From the NCBI GenBank assembly GCA_043747615.1, contig JAYTOU010000038.1, positions 61,992 to 125,991 of the forward strand: a stretch of 64,000 nt of DNA, written 5' to 3'. Below the pieces are notes generated by a model. That model was not told where the DNA came from. It searched no databases and worked only from the letters and a program-made list of their open reading frames with translations. Source of the stretch: Myxococcales bacterium (GTDB taxonomy: Bacteria; Myxococcota_A; Polyangia; Polyangiales; Polyangiaceae). The translations under genes were made by a program, and so were the position numbers. This document shows, in pieces, positions 40,876-50,461 of the stretch; position 1 is the stretch's first letter; each line of letters opens with the position of its first letter.

Positions 40876-42524
40876 GCCGCACCGAGAGGGGCACCTGGGG
40901 AAAGCACCTGACTATGTTCGGCGATCTCGAGGAGCTTGATGGCGAGCAAATCGGCGAGCATCGCGTCAGTGGCGTGTACGGCCTTGATGCGATCTTTCTC
41001 CCGCACACCACAGCAGACCCACGTGCCATGCTCGGCGGCGACGACCACGGCTTCGAGGGCTTCTGCCTGCGCGAGGGTGCTCAGGTCCGCTTCCACGAGG
41101 GTCATTTTTTCCCCTTCTTTCGCGCACGCTTCACGGGCCGCGAAAGCGAATCCAGGCCCGGCGTGCCCGGCGACGACGATGCTCACGGCTCCGCCTCTTC
41201 GTGCCTCGAGGCACGCGTGCTTCACGAGGGAGAGCGCGGCGGAAAGCGACAGATCGAGTGGGTACGACGAGCCGAGACCCGCGTCGAACATCGGGCAATC
41301 GAGGAGCGATTCGATGATGTCGTGGAGTCCCTTCGGTGCGAGGCCGAGCATCCGCACCGGGGAGCGTCGTGCGTCTTGCGCGCGCTGACGAGCGACGCGC
41401 ACCAGGCGCTCGGACGTCGATCCATCCTGCGGAAACGTGGCCAAGCCGAGCGCGCGCAGTCCAAAGCGGCGGCGGAAAAGCTGCCCGCCGAGCGCCCCCG
41501 TGTCCGGCAGCATAAGGAGGACCTCTTCCTCGGAATCGTCGCGCCCGAGCACGTCGCCGTCGCGGATCAAGATCTGAAACAAGTCCTCCAACTTCGGCGC
41601 GTTCGGCGGCGCTTGATTGTCGATCGGCTTCATCGCCGCGAAGGTGACCTGCCGCTTGTACCGGCGCGCTTTTTCGACTTCGCGCACGGCGAGGAGGGCA
41701 AAGCGGGCGAGAGGCTCGAAGCGGGTGACGTCTGGCGTTTCTGCCGGCGATGCGTGACCCGAGAGCCCGAGGAGCGCTGAGGCGAAACCGGTGAGCTCGG
41801 CGGCGAGCGCACGCCGATCCTCTTGCCCTTTTTCCACGAGGAGAGCGCCTGCACCGAGGGAAAAGATCTCTCCGTGCGGGTCGAGCTCGCCCTCGGCTCT
41901 CACTTTCTCGGGAGCGTCGGACGTGCCCACCAGAGCGACGCGCACGAGCGTTCCCTCGACGACGCGGTATACAGAAACGCCTTGCGCGCGCGTCAGCTCG
42001 GCAATGGCCTCAGCGACCGTTCGTGCAAGCTCCGTCCATCCCGCCTTAGCGGCGATTCGCACCAGGCGATGCATGTGATCGCCACGCCTTCGCTGGAGCG
42101 AGAGCTCCTCTTCTAGCCCGACGTGCTCGGCCGAAGACGCGAGCCGCATTCGAACTTCTCCGATGGCGCGCATCACCGCGTCGCCTGACGGAGGAAGGGT
42201 GAGCATGCCAGTCGCGCCGAGGGTGAGGCCTTCGAGCGCGATGTGCAGCTGCGCCCCCGGGGCCATGACGTAGACCGCGATCCCCGGGCGCACCGCCGGG
42301 AGGTGGTGGACCAGAACGAGCCCGCTTCCACCGGCCAAGGTGACGTCGATGAACGCGACCGCGGGAGCGAGGGTCCCCGCCAGGGCAGTGGCTTCCGCCA
42401 GATCCGACACCGTGACGGCGCGATCTCCCATGCCGGTGACCGCGTTCGAGATCGTGCGCAACGTGTCTGCGTCTTCGGAGGCGATGAGAACGTCGAGCAC
42501 CGCCCTCGGCGGCCGTGTCGGCAT
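40872..42524 (-). CDS. Response regulator: REC, coiled coil, GAF-like and degenerate GGDEF domains
   Basis: VAFIDVTLAGGSG receiver motif; REVEKARRYKRQVTF, RDGDVLGRDDSEEE and GLATFPQDG for the GGDEF fold. Confidence 0.72.
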   Translation of the reverse strand: MPTRPPRAVLDVLIASEDADTLRTISNAVTGMGDRAVTVSDLAEATALAGTLAPAVAFIDVTLAGGSGLVLVHHLPAVRPGIAVYVMAPGAQLHIALEGLTLGATGMLTLPPSGDAVMRAIGEVRMRLASSAEHVGLEEELSLQRRRGDHMHRLVRIAAKAGWTELARTVAEAIAELTRAQGVSVYRVVEGTLVRVALVGTSDAPEKVRAEGELDPHGEIFSLGAGALLVEKGQEDRRALAAELTGFASALLGLSGHASPAETPDVTRFEPLARFALLAVREVEKARRYKRQVTFAAMKPIDNQAPPNAPKLEDLFQILIRDGDVLGRDDSEEEVLLMLPDTGALGGQLFRRRFGLRALGLATFPQDGSTSERLVRVARQRAQDARRSPVRMLGLAPKGLHDIIESLLDCPMFDAGLGSSYPLDLSLSAALSLVKHACLEARRGGAVSIVVAGHAGPGFAFAAREACAKEGEKMTLVEADLSTLAQAEALEAVVVAAEHGTWVCCGVREKDRIKAVHATDAMLADLLAIKLLEIAEHSQVLSPGAPLGAA

Positions 42525-42565
42525 CCACGCAGTCTCCGCTCTGTCGAGACCAGGAGAGCTCTTCC

Positions 42566-43348
42566 TCACGTGTCGAAGCGCCCAGAAAATACGTGGCGCG
42601 CCGGCCCTCGCATCGTCACGCGACGGGTTTTGCGGGCGACGACGATCGAGAGATCTCCTCCGGGGAGGCGCACGGTGACCCAAGAATCCCAGGGTACGAG
42701 ACCCCTCTCGCACGCCACGACCGCCGTCGCGCACGCGCCCGTTCCGCAGGCGAGAGTCAGCCCGACGCCCCGCTCCCACACCACGAGATCGATGCGATCA
42801 TCCCTCACGGTCGCGAACTCGACGTTCGTTCCACTTGGAAATTCTCGATGGATTGCGATGCGTGGGCCCAGTCGTTCGATCTCCGCGCGGGTCGCCTCGC
42901 CGAAGATCACGGCGTGCGGATTTCCTGCATCGGCCACGGCGACGACGACGCTTTCCCCTTCGACGTCGAGCACGCGATCCCCCGTCGCGAGCACTTCGCC
43001 CATGTCGACCGACACCATCGCGAGCGCGGAGGTCGTGTCGACCTTGCACGTTCGCAAGCCGGCGTCCGTCTCGAAGACGCCGCCCCCTGCGAGGTGAAGG
43101 GCCACACAGCGCAGGCCGTTGCCGCACATCTCGGGGACCGAACCGTCGGCGTTGATCACCACCATGCGCGCCCGGTGCGCCGGGTCGACGGCAGGCAGGA
43201 CGAGGAGAACGCCGTCGGCGCCGATCCCAAGGCGGCGGTCGCACAGCTGCGCCGCCAAGGCCTTCGAGACGAGGCCCTCGCGTTCAACCTCCACGACGAT
43301 GAAGTCGTTGCCGAGCCCCTCGTATTTTTCGAACGCCAACCCGCTCAT
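42566..43348 (-). CDS. dapF: Diaminopimelate epimerase
   Basis: GLGNDF, GIGADG, EMCGNG, GNPHAV, ERGVGLTLACGTG. Confidence 0.96.
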   Translation of the reverse strand: MSGLAFEKYEGLGNDFIVVEVEREGLVSKALAAQLCDRRLGIGADGVLLVLPAVDPAHRARMVVINADGSVPEMCGNGLRCVALHLAGGGVFETDAGLRTCKVDTTSALAMVSVDMGEVLATGDRVLDVEGESVVVAVADAGNPHAVIFGEATRAEIERLGPRIAIHREFPSGTNVEFATVRDDRIDLVVWERGVGLTLACGTGACATAVVACERGLVPWDSWVTVRLPGGDLSIVVARKTRRVTMRGPARHVFSGRFDT

Positions 43349-43452
43349 GGCACGCCGAAGGATACGTCATTTGCCGGCGCGCGTGGGTGATCCCAAGCTC
43401 CCCGTCCGCTGCTACGCTCGCTTCCTTCGTCACCTCCGGAGAATCGCACTCA

Positions 43453-45048
43453 ATGCGGTCCGTCGTTCTCAGCGGCTTCATGGCCACCGGCAAGAGCACC
43501 CTCGGCGCGCGCCTCTCCGCACGCCTGGGCATGGCGTTCGTCGATAGTGACGTCGAAATCGAGCGGGCGAGCGGAATGTCCGTAGCGGAGCTGTGGCGCG
43601 CGGAAGGCGAGCCCGCGTTTCGAGCCCAAGAAGCCGCAATCCTTCGGGCCTTGCTCCTCGACTCCACGCCGCGGGTGATCGCGTTCGGTGGAGGCAGCGT
43701 GACCTCGCGACCGCTTCGTCACCTCGCGCTCGATAACGCGTTCGTCGTCACCCTCACCGCCGGTCCGGCGACCATCGTAGCCCGCGCGGGAAACCTCGCG
43801 TCCCGGCCAAATCTCGCCGCGGGAGACCCGATCCAGCGCGCGAAGGAACTCCTCGAAGCACGCGCCGCGGCGTATGCCGAGTGCCACCTTTCGCTCTCCA
43901 CCGAGGGCGTCGACCTCGACGATCTCATCGATCGAATCGCGCAGGCTTTGGTCCGCGATCCGATCGCCGTACCGCTCGGACAGCGCAGCTACACCGTCGA
44001 CATGGCCAACGGCGAGCCCTCCCGACTCACCGATTCCATCGCCCGCAGTGCGCCCTCTTCGATTTTCGTGGTGACGGACGCGAACGTCCTGCGCGCCCGG
44101 GGAAAAGAGCTGGATGCCGCACTTCAGCCTCTCGCCATCCCGCAAACGCGCATCGTCCTGCCACCTGGCGAGACCCACAAAACGATCGCGAGCGTCGGGG
44201 CCATCTGGGATGCGTCCCTCGGCGCGGGCATCGACCGCGACGCGCTCGTGGTGGCCTTCGGCGGCGGGGTAATGGGCGACCTTGCTGGATTCGCGGCCTC
44301 CACACTCCTGCGCGGGGTCCGTTTTCTCCAGGTGCCGACAACGCTCCTGGCCATGGTGGACTCCTCCGTCGGAGGCAAGACGGGCTTCGATCACCCCACG
44401 GGGAAGAACTTGATCGGCACCTTTCATCAGCCGAGCGCGGTCGTGGTCGACCTCGATCACCTGACGACCTTGCCTCCACGCGAGCGGATTGCGGGCCTAG
44501 CGGAGGTCGTAAAAATCGCGCTCGCGACGGATCTAGTGCTCCTCGAAACCCTGGAAAAACAAGCAGATCACCTCTCCGATACGTCGGTGCTCTACGCGAT
44601 CGTGCGCCGAGCCATCGAAGCCAAAGCGAGGATCGTTCGTGACGACGAACGGGAAGGCGGACGGCGCGCGGTCCTCAACGTCGGGCACACCCTCGGGCAT
44701 GCGCTCGAGGCCCACGGCGGATTTTCGAAATACCTCCACGGAGAAGCGGTGGCCCTTGGCACCGTCCTGGAGCTCGAGGCTTCCCACGCCCTCGGAATCA
44801 CGCCGGCCGATCTCGTCTCGCGGGCACGCACCCTCTTCGGCCGCCTGAAGCTCCCGGTGGACGTTGCGCCCGGCGAGCTCGCAAGCGCGTGGGGCTTCGT
44901 GGCCAGCGACAAGAAACGACGGGCGGCCTCGCTCCTTTTTCCGGCGATCACCGCCCCCGGGGTCTCCGAAGTCCGTTCAATTTCGCTGTCGAGCTTCAAG
45001 GAAGCGGCGCTTCGCAAGCCCGTTCAACGGAGCGAGCGTCCTGTCTGA
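43453..45048 (+). CDS. aroKB: Bifunctional shikimate kinase / 3-dehydroquinate synthase
   Basis: GFMATGKST and GEPAFR (AroK); GGGVMGDLAGF, DSSVGGKTG, NVGHTLGHALE, HGEAV (AroB). Confidence 0.93.
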   Translation: MRSVVLSGFMATGKSTLGARLSARLGMAFVDSDVEIERASGMSVAELWRAEGEPAFRAQEAAILRALLLDSTPRVIAFGGGSVTSRPLRHLALDNAFVVTLTAGPATIVARAGNLASRPNLAAGDPIQRAKELLEARAAAYAECHLSLSTEGVDLDDLIDRIAQALVRDPIAVPLGQRSYTVDMANGEPSRLTDSIARSAPSSIFVVTDANVLRARGKELDAALQPLAIPQTRIVLPPGETHKTIASVGAIWDASLGAGIDRDALVVAFGGGVMGDLAGFAASTLLRGVRFLQVPTTLLAMVDSSVGGKTGFDHPTGKNLIGTFHQPSAVVVDLDHLTTLPPRERIAGLAEVVKIALATDLVLLETLEKQADHLSDTSVLYAIVRRAIEAKARIVRDDEREGGRRAVLNVGHTLGHALEAHGGFSKYLHGEAVALGTVLELEASHALGITPADLVSRARTLFGRLKLPVDVAPGELASAWGFVASDKKRRAASLLFPAITAPGVSEVRSISLSSFKEAALRKPVQRSERPV

Positions 45049-45144
45049 TCGCCGGTTTTTTGGTGCTCTTGGTGGGGGCCAGCTACGCTTCATTTTGGTA
45101 GCCCAGGCACATTTGTGCTCGTGGCGAAACTGGAGGAGGCCGAC

Positions 45145-45906
45145 GTGAAGCGCAGCGTTTGGGTGCAAATGCTAACGGGGGTTGCGACGGCCGGCACGAT
45201 CGGAGCGATTGTCGGGGCCTGCGCGCACGATGACAGCACCATCTTTGTCCAAGGGGTGCAGGCGCCGCCGGTCGCAGTCATGGCGGGCACGGCGTGCGTC
45301 TACACTCCGGATACGGGCGGAGCTTTTCTGTCGGTCGGCGTCCTGGACGTCGCTCTGTTGTCGACGTACACGGCCGAGGCGCTGATCGGAAGCCAGCTGA
45401 TTTCGCAGGCAAATCACGATCTGTTGCGAACCGAGACTGCGCGCGTGACGTTTCAAGGGGCTACGGTGCGTGTGACGGACGCCGGCGGTGCCGAGATCAA
45501 ATCGTTCACGACGCTCTCCTCTGGGTTCGTCAATCCCGGTAACGGCTCGGCCCCCGGCCTCGGAAATGTCTCGGTGACCCTCCTCGACACCGCGACGAGC
45601 AACGCCCTCAAGGCGACCATCCCCCGCCACAGCTCGAAGCTGCTGGTCACGTATTTCAAGGTCTTCGGAACGACCCTGGGCGGCCAATCCGTCGAGACCG
45701 ACGAGTTCCAATTCCCGATCAACGTTTGCAACGGCTGCCTCCCGTTCTTCCCTGCGGGATCCGAGGACCCCGCAGTCGCTCAAAAGCCGAACTGCAAAGG
45801 GACTTTGGGCACCATGAGCGCGGTCCCCTGCATCCTTGGGCAGGACCAGGGGGTCGACTGCCGCCTTTGCCAGGGATCTCCGGCCTGCGATCCGTCGATC
45901 CCGTAA
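45145..45906 (+). CDS. Hypothetical Cys-rich lipoprotein
   Basis: GGAGG RBS, lipobox VGAC, six further Cys in the C-terminal part after the beta-rich core. Confidence 0.72.
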   Translation: MKRSVWVQMLTGVATAGTIGAIVGACAHDDSTIFVQGVQAPPVAVMAGTACVYTPDTGGAFLSVGVLDVALLSTYTAEALIGSQLISQANHDLLRTETARVTFQGATVRVTDAGGAEIKSFTTLSSGFVNPGNGSAPGLGNVSVTLLDTATSNALKATIPRHSSKLLVTYFKVFGTTLGGQSVETDEFQFPINVCNGCLPFFPAGSEDPAVAQKPNCKGTLGTMSAVPCILGQDQGVDCRLCQGSPACDPSIP

Positions 45907-45921
45907 GTACGGCGCGAGCGC

Positions 45922-46478
45922 ATGCACCTGCGCGCCGGCTTCCTGGCGATCCTTGGCGTCCTTGGCCTTGTCTGCACTTCGGAGCGCGCCTTCGCTGCAC
46001 CGCAAACGAGCGCGGGCGTAACCATCGGCGGCGCCGTGACCGACGTGCGGACGAGGGGCCGGGGCGCGTTCCACCTCGGGCCCGCGTAGATCTGCTCTTT
46101 TTGCGGGAACGTGAGAACGACATGGCCGTCGGGCCGTATGTCGACGTTGCCACCGAGAGGCTGGACACGCTGGAGGTCGGCGGCGGTGCGGAGTGGCTGA
46201 TCCCGCTCGTGCCGTCGTTTCCCCTCGTCGCCTCGGCCGGTGTATTCGAACGCCGCGCGCCCACCTTCGGCTGGGAGCCGGGCCTCGCGGCGAGCGTTTT
46301 TGTCGGGCCTCGAAGCTACAATTTCCACTCGACCTACGGGATGGCGAACGGCCTCTTCGTCCAGGGCCGTTACGGGCTCGGTGACGGTAAGCAGGCCGAC
46401 CTGATCTTCGGACTGCAGGTCGATTTCGCAATCCTGGCCCTCCCGTTTCTTCTCGCGTACCAGGGCGTCGTCCATTGA
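45922..46478 (+). pseudogene. Small outer-membrane beta-barrel-like protein gene interrupted by a frameshift
   Basis: Signal-peptide ORF MHLRAGFLAILGVLG...FHLG stops at 46089; one extra base at GGG 46078-46080 would join it to ARVDLLFLRERE...GLQVDF. Confidence 0.7.
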
Positions 46479-46560
46479 GACCGCCGATCAGGCTTTGCTT
46501 CGTGCGACGCCGTTTTTGAGCTGCGACTCGCGCCTCGACCGGTGCTAACCTCTGCGCCAG

Positions 46561-46872
46561 ATGGACCGCCGAACGGTGCTGCTTCAGGTTGGAGGACAGA
46601 GCTACAAGGTCGTCAGCTCTGCCCCCGAGCCGGAGCTCTCGCGCCTCGCCGCGACCGTCGACGCCAAGGTCACCGAAGTAACGCCCAAGGGCCGTCCCGC
46701 GTCCCCTCAATCCATGCTCCTCGCGGCGATCGCGCTGGCGCATGAGCTCGAAGCAGAGCGCGGGCGTCGTGAGGCACTCGAGCGGAAAACACGTGACCTC
46801 TTGCGTCGGGTCCTCCTCCGGATCGACGACGCCCTCGATCCCGGCGAGGACGACCTCAGCGCTTCCTCCTAG
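46561..46872 (+). CDS. zapA: Cell division protein ZapA
   Basis: VGGQSYKV, LAATVDAKV, MLLAAIALAHEL followed by a coiled coil; 103 aa. Confidence 0.88.
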   Translation: MDRRTVLLQVGGQSYKVVSSAPEPELSRLAATVDAKVTEVTPKGRPASPQSMLLAAIALAHELEAERGRREALERKTRDLLRRVLLRIDDALDPGEDDLSASS

Positions 46873-46875
46873 ACT

Positions 46876-46891
46876 TGTTTCACGTGAAACA
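46876..46891. promoter_or_regulatory. parS: parS centromere site (perfect consensus)
   Basis: TGTTTCACGTGAAACA; the palindrome extends to 18 bp. Confidence 0.95.
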
Positions 46892-46922
46892 ATCGCCTAG
46901 CCGACCTACCGAAGACTGCCCC

Positions 46923-48065
46923 GTGATACCCGTCGAGAGGCCACCGCCCGCCCTAGCGCACCTGTCCGCGGCTCTCCACGAGCTTGGGAACCAAGGCTTG
47001 CTTCGCGTACGCCCAGTCCCCCGCTTGGCCTCTGACCTGTCGTTCTGCTCGAACGACTATCTTGGACTGGCTGCTACGGGCATCAGTGCTTCCCTCGGCT
47101 CTGTCCCCGCGGGCGCGGGTGCCTCGCGGCTCGTCTCGGGTGAACGACAGGCGCACGTCGACCTTGAGCGCGACGTCGCCTCGTGGCTGGAGCTCCCAAG
47201 CGCTCTCGTCTTTTCGAGCGGATATGCGGCGAATCTGGGGACCATCGCTGCGCTTGCCCGGCCCGGCGATCTCGTGGTCAGCGACGAGTACAATCATGCG
47301 TCCATCATCGACGCGTGCCGCCTTTCCCGTGCCCGAATCGTCGTAACGCCCCACCTGGATCTCGCCGCCATCGAGCGAGCACTTGGGGACGCGCGGCGCC
47401 CTGGGCGGGAGTCGGAGGCCAAGGCTTGGGTGGTCACGGAGTCGTATTTCAGCATGGATGCGGACACGCCCGATCTCGCGCGCCTGCGTGAGATCACGTC
47501 TCGCATGGATGCGGCGCTGGTGGTCGACGAAGCCCATGCGCTGGGGGTTTTCGGGCCCGACGGTCGGGGTCTTTGTGCGGCGGCGGGCGTTGTTCCGGAC
47601 GTGATGTTAGGCACGTTCGGCAAGGCGTTTGGCCACGCGGGGGCGTTTGCGGCGGGGTGCTTCGAGCTAACCGATTGGCTGTGGAATCGAGCGCGCTCCT
47701 TCGTTTTTTCCACGGGAATGAGCCCCCAAGTGGCTGCGGGTGCACGCGCGGCCCTCGCGTTCGCGGTCGCCCATCCTGAGCTTCGGGAGCGAGTTAGCGG
47801 CGCCGCCGGAGCGCTGCGGGCTGGGCTGCGGGGGCTCGATGCGAACATCCTCGGTCATGGTCACATCATCCCGTGGATCCTTGGGGACGCCGCGGCGGCG
47901 TTACGGCTCGCCGAGGGGCTCCAGGGTGCCGGCGTCCATGTGCAAGCCATCCGACCCCCGACCGTCCCCGCCGGAGGGGCGCGGTTACGGATGACGGTGA
48001 CCGCCCGTCACGATCCTGCGGACATCGAGCATGCGCTCACCGCCGTCCGCCGGGTGATTCGCTAA
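46923..48065 (+). CDS. bioF: 8-amino-7-oxononanoate synthase
   Basis: FCSNDYLGL, GAGASRL, NHASIID, DEAHA, GTFGKA, AIRPPTVP. Confidence 0.95.
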   Translation: MIPVERPPPALAHLSAALHELGNQGLLRVRPVPRLASDLSFCSNDYLGLAATGISASLGSVPAGAGASRLVSGERQAHVDLERDVASWLELPSALVFSSGYAANLGTIAALARPGDLVVSDEYNHASIIDACRLSRARIVVTPHLDLAAIERALGDARRPGRESEAKAWVVTESYFSMDADTPDLARLREITSRMDAALVVDEAHALGVFGPDGRGLCAAAGVVPDVMLGTFGKAFGHAGAFAAGCFELTDWLWNRARSFVFSTGMSPQVAAGARAALAFAVAHPELRERVSGAAGALRAGLRGLDANILGHGHIIPWILGDAAAALRLAEGLQGAGVHVQAIRPPTVPAGGARLRMTVTARHDPADIEHALTAVRRVIR

Positions 48066-48769
48066 TGCGCGGCGACCCACCGGCGATCCCGGGCGCCAGA
48101 CGCTCCTCGGGCCGCGTAGTGGTGGTCACCGGCACGGGTACGGAAATCGGCAAGACACACGTCGCTTGCCAGCTCGTGTACCTCGCGAGTCGGGAAGGAA
48201 CGGCGTGCGGCTTCAAGCCGGTGGAAACGGGGGTCGTCGGCGAAGGGGCGGACATGTCCGCTCTCCGTGCGGTCTCTTCGTTTCACGTGAAACACTTGCT
48301 CGCGAGCCCCTACGTGTTCAGCGAGGGTCTTTCCCCCCATTTGGCCGCGCGCGGTGAAGGCCGACGAATCTCGATTGACGCGATCGCCGAGGCCGTGCAG
48401 CTCCTCAGACAGGCCGCCGACGTCGTGTTCGTCGAGCTCGCCGGTGGGCTCTTCACGCCGCTTGGAGAGGACACCTCCAACGCGGATCTCGCCGTCGCCC
48501 TCGCTCCCGACCGTGTAATTCTCGTGGCTCCCGACCGCCTGGGGGTCCTCCACGAGCTCGGGGCGACGACCCGCGCAGCCAGAGATGCGGGATGCCGGAT
48601 CGACGCGATCGTCCTCAACACCCCCGCGACCGTCGACGCTTCCACCGGGCGAAACGCGGCCGAAATTCGGGTGGTCGCGCCTGGTCCCGTCGTCGTCGGC
48701 CCGCTGCCTCGGACCGCGGAAAACAGGCACGCCTACGCCAGCATCCTTTCGGCTTTATTGATATTTTAG
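48065..48769 (+). CDS. bioD: Dethiobiotin synthase
   Basis: TGTGTEIGKT, FKPVETG, SPHLAA, VELAGGL; TAATG overlap with bioF. Confidence 0.93.
   Translation: MRGDPPAIPGARRSSGRVVVVTGTGTEIGKTHVACQLVYLASREGTACGFKPVETGVVGEGADMSALRAVSSFHVKHLLASPYVFSEGLSPHLAARGEGRRISIDAIAEAVQLLRQAADVVFVELAGGLFTPLGEDTSNADLAVALAPDRVILVAPDRLGVLHELGATTRAARDAGCRIDAIVLNTPATVDASTGRNAAEIRVVAPGPVVVGPLPRTAENRHAYASILSALLIF
48279..48294. promoter_or_regulatory. parS: parS site inside bioD
   Basis: CGTTTCACGTGAAACA, 15 of 16 positions match the consensus. Confidence 0.9.
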
Positions 48770-49404
48770 TGCTGAGTAGTCACGGTGCGCCCGCGCTCGA
48801 GGCGAAAGCGGGCTTTGCCTTCCTTGGCAAACGCCGGGTCATGGGTCACGACGATGACAACGGCCCCCCGCCCTGCCTCTTCGTGGACCAGCCGGACGAG
48901 GCGATCAATCGAGGTCGCGTCGAGGCCGGTCGTCGGTTCGTCGAGGAGGATCAGGCGAGGGGCGTGAACCAGGGCACGCGCGAGGGCGACGCGCTGACGC
49001 TGTCCTCGGGAATACGTGCGGACCGGGCGACCAGCGAAGGCCCCGAGATCAAAGCGCTCCGCGGCGGCGGTGAAGGCTTCGGCGGGATCGACTCCGTGAA
49101 GGCGGGCGGCGAGCTCGATGTTTTCGCGCCCCGTGAGGTCGCCGTAGCAGAGGGAGTCATGGCCAACCCACCCGAGGGAAGCTCGCACTTCCTCGCGCGT
49201 GCCTCCGAGCGCGCCGTGATCTACTGACCCGGAGCTTGGACGCGAAAGCGTTCCAACGAGGGCCAAAAGCGTGGATTTCCCCGATCCGTTCGCCCCCTCG
49301 ACCACGGACACCAGGCCAGCCTCGAAACGCAGGCTGACCCCGATCAGGGCGCGCACCGCTCCGTATGTCTTGCTCACCCCATGCAGCTCGACGCCGGCAC
49401 CCAC
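48766..49404 (-). CDS. ABC ATPase, heme exporter CcmA-like
   Basis: GANGSGKST, YGDLTGRENI, YSRGQRQR, LLDEPTTGLD; short single NBD with no adjacent permease. Confidence 0.75.
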   Translation of the reverse strand: MGAGVELHGVSKTYGAVRALIGVSLRFEAGLVSVVEGANGSGKSTLLALVGTLSRPSSGSVDHGALGGTREEVRASLGWVGHDSLCYGDLTGRENIELAARLHGVDPAEAFTAAAERFDLGAFAGRPVRTYSRGQRQRVALARALVHAPRLILLDEPTTGLDATSIDRLVRLVHEEAGRGAVVIVVTHDPAFAKEGKARFRLERGRTVTTQH

Positions 49405-49493
49405 GAACGCACCGTGGCTGTTCCAGATCGGACACGCAAGTTTCGACTCCTTGAATAGGCTTTGAATCCGAGGGGCGTGCTAGGCTCCTCCGC

Positions 49494-50456
49494 ATGACCG
49501 CAGCGGCCGCGGTGATCGCCGAAGAACTACCGACCCTCCGAAAACTCCGCGAAGCGGTTGAGGGGGCGCTCGAGGGGAAGCAAGATGCCGTCGAGCTCGC
49601 TCTCGTGGCACTGCTTGCGCGCGGCCACTTGCTCATCGAAGACGTGCCTGGCGTGGGGAAAACGACCCTCGCCCGCGCGCTGGCCCGGGCCGTTGGCGGC
49701 GAGCTTCGAAGGGTGCAGTTTACGAGCGACCTCCTCCCGAGCGATGTGCTTGGGGTGTCGGTCTACGACCAGCGCACGGGCGAGTTCGTCCTCCGCCAGG
49801 GGCCGGTGTTCGCAAACGTGCTCCTGGCAGACGAGATCAACCGGGCCAGTCCCCGCACCCAATCGGCGCTCCTCGAAGCGATGAACGAGGGCCAGGTTTC
49901 GCTCGACGGGCAAACGATGCCCCTGCCGGATCCATTCTTCGTCATCGCCACCCAAAACCCCCAGGATTTCGCGGGAACCTTTCCGCTCCCCGAATCCCAG
50001 CTCGACCGGTTCATCGTTCGAGTTCGCATCGGATACCCCCCTCCCGCGGTGGAAATACGTCTTCTTCTCGACGGCCAAACCGACACCGCGCGGGACGTGC
50101 CGGTGGTCCTCGACCCAGGTCGGCTCGTCGAGCTCCAGCGCGAAGTGCACCGGGTGACGCTCGACAGCTCGCTCGGCAGCTACCTCCACGCGGTCATTCA
50201 GGCCACCCGCGTCGCCCCCAGCTTGTCCCTCGGCGCCTCCCCTCGCGGGGCCATCGCGCTCGCAAATGCGGCACGCGCTCGGGCGCTTCTTCGCGGCCGT
50301 AATTACGTCATCGCCGACGACATCCACGACCTGGCCGTTCCGGTCCTTGCCCACCGCGTTCGCCTCGCCACCCACGCCGACGGCTTCATGCCCACGCGCG
50401 ACGAAGCGGAGACGACGATGCGCGAGATCATCGGGCGCGTCCCCGTCCCGCTCTAA
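49494..50456 (+). CDS. MoxR family AAA+ ATPase
   Basis: EDVPGVGKT, QFTSDLLPSD, LADEINRASPRTQSALLE, FPLPESQLDRF. Confidence 0.95.
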   Translation: MTAAAAVIAEELPTLRKLREAVEGALEGKQDAVELALVALLARGHLLIEDVPGVGKTTLARALARAVGGELRRVQFTSDLLPSDVLGVSVYDQRTGEFVLRQGPVFANVLLADEINRASPRTQSALLEAMNEGQVSLDGQTMPLPDPFFVIATQNPQDFAGTFPLPESQLDRFIVRVRIGYPPPAVEIRLLLDGQTDTARDVPVVLDPGRLVELQREVHRVTLDSSLGSYLHAVIQATRVAPSLSLGASPRGAIALANAARARALLRGRNYVIADDIHDLAVPVLAHRVRLATHADGFMPTRDEAETTMREIIGRVPVPL

Positions 50457-50461
50457 TCTCC

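Noticed and set aside
43453..45048. AroK-AroB fusion as a novelty
   Set aside because: The fusion is known from several bacterial lineages.
45107..45120. GCACA-TT-TGTGC palindrome or sigma54-like site before the lipoprotein gene
   Set aside because: GG-to-GC spacing is one base short for sigma54, and a 5-bp arm is too weak to call an operator.
46873..46922. 6S RNA (ssrS), often found downstream of zapA
   Set aside because: Only about 50 bp of intergenic space, taken up by parS; no long hairpin.
46875..46922. N-terminal extension MFHVKQ... of BioF in the ORF track
   Set aside because: This is a translation of the parS palindrome; GTG 46923 is the more plausible start.
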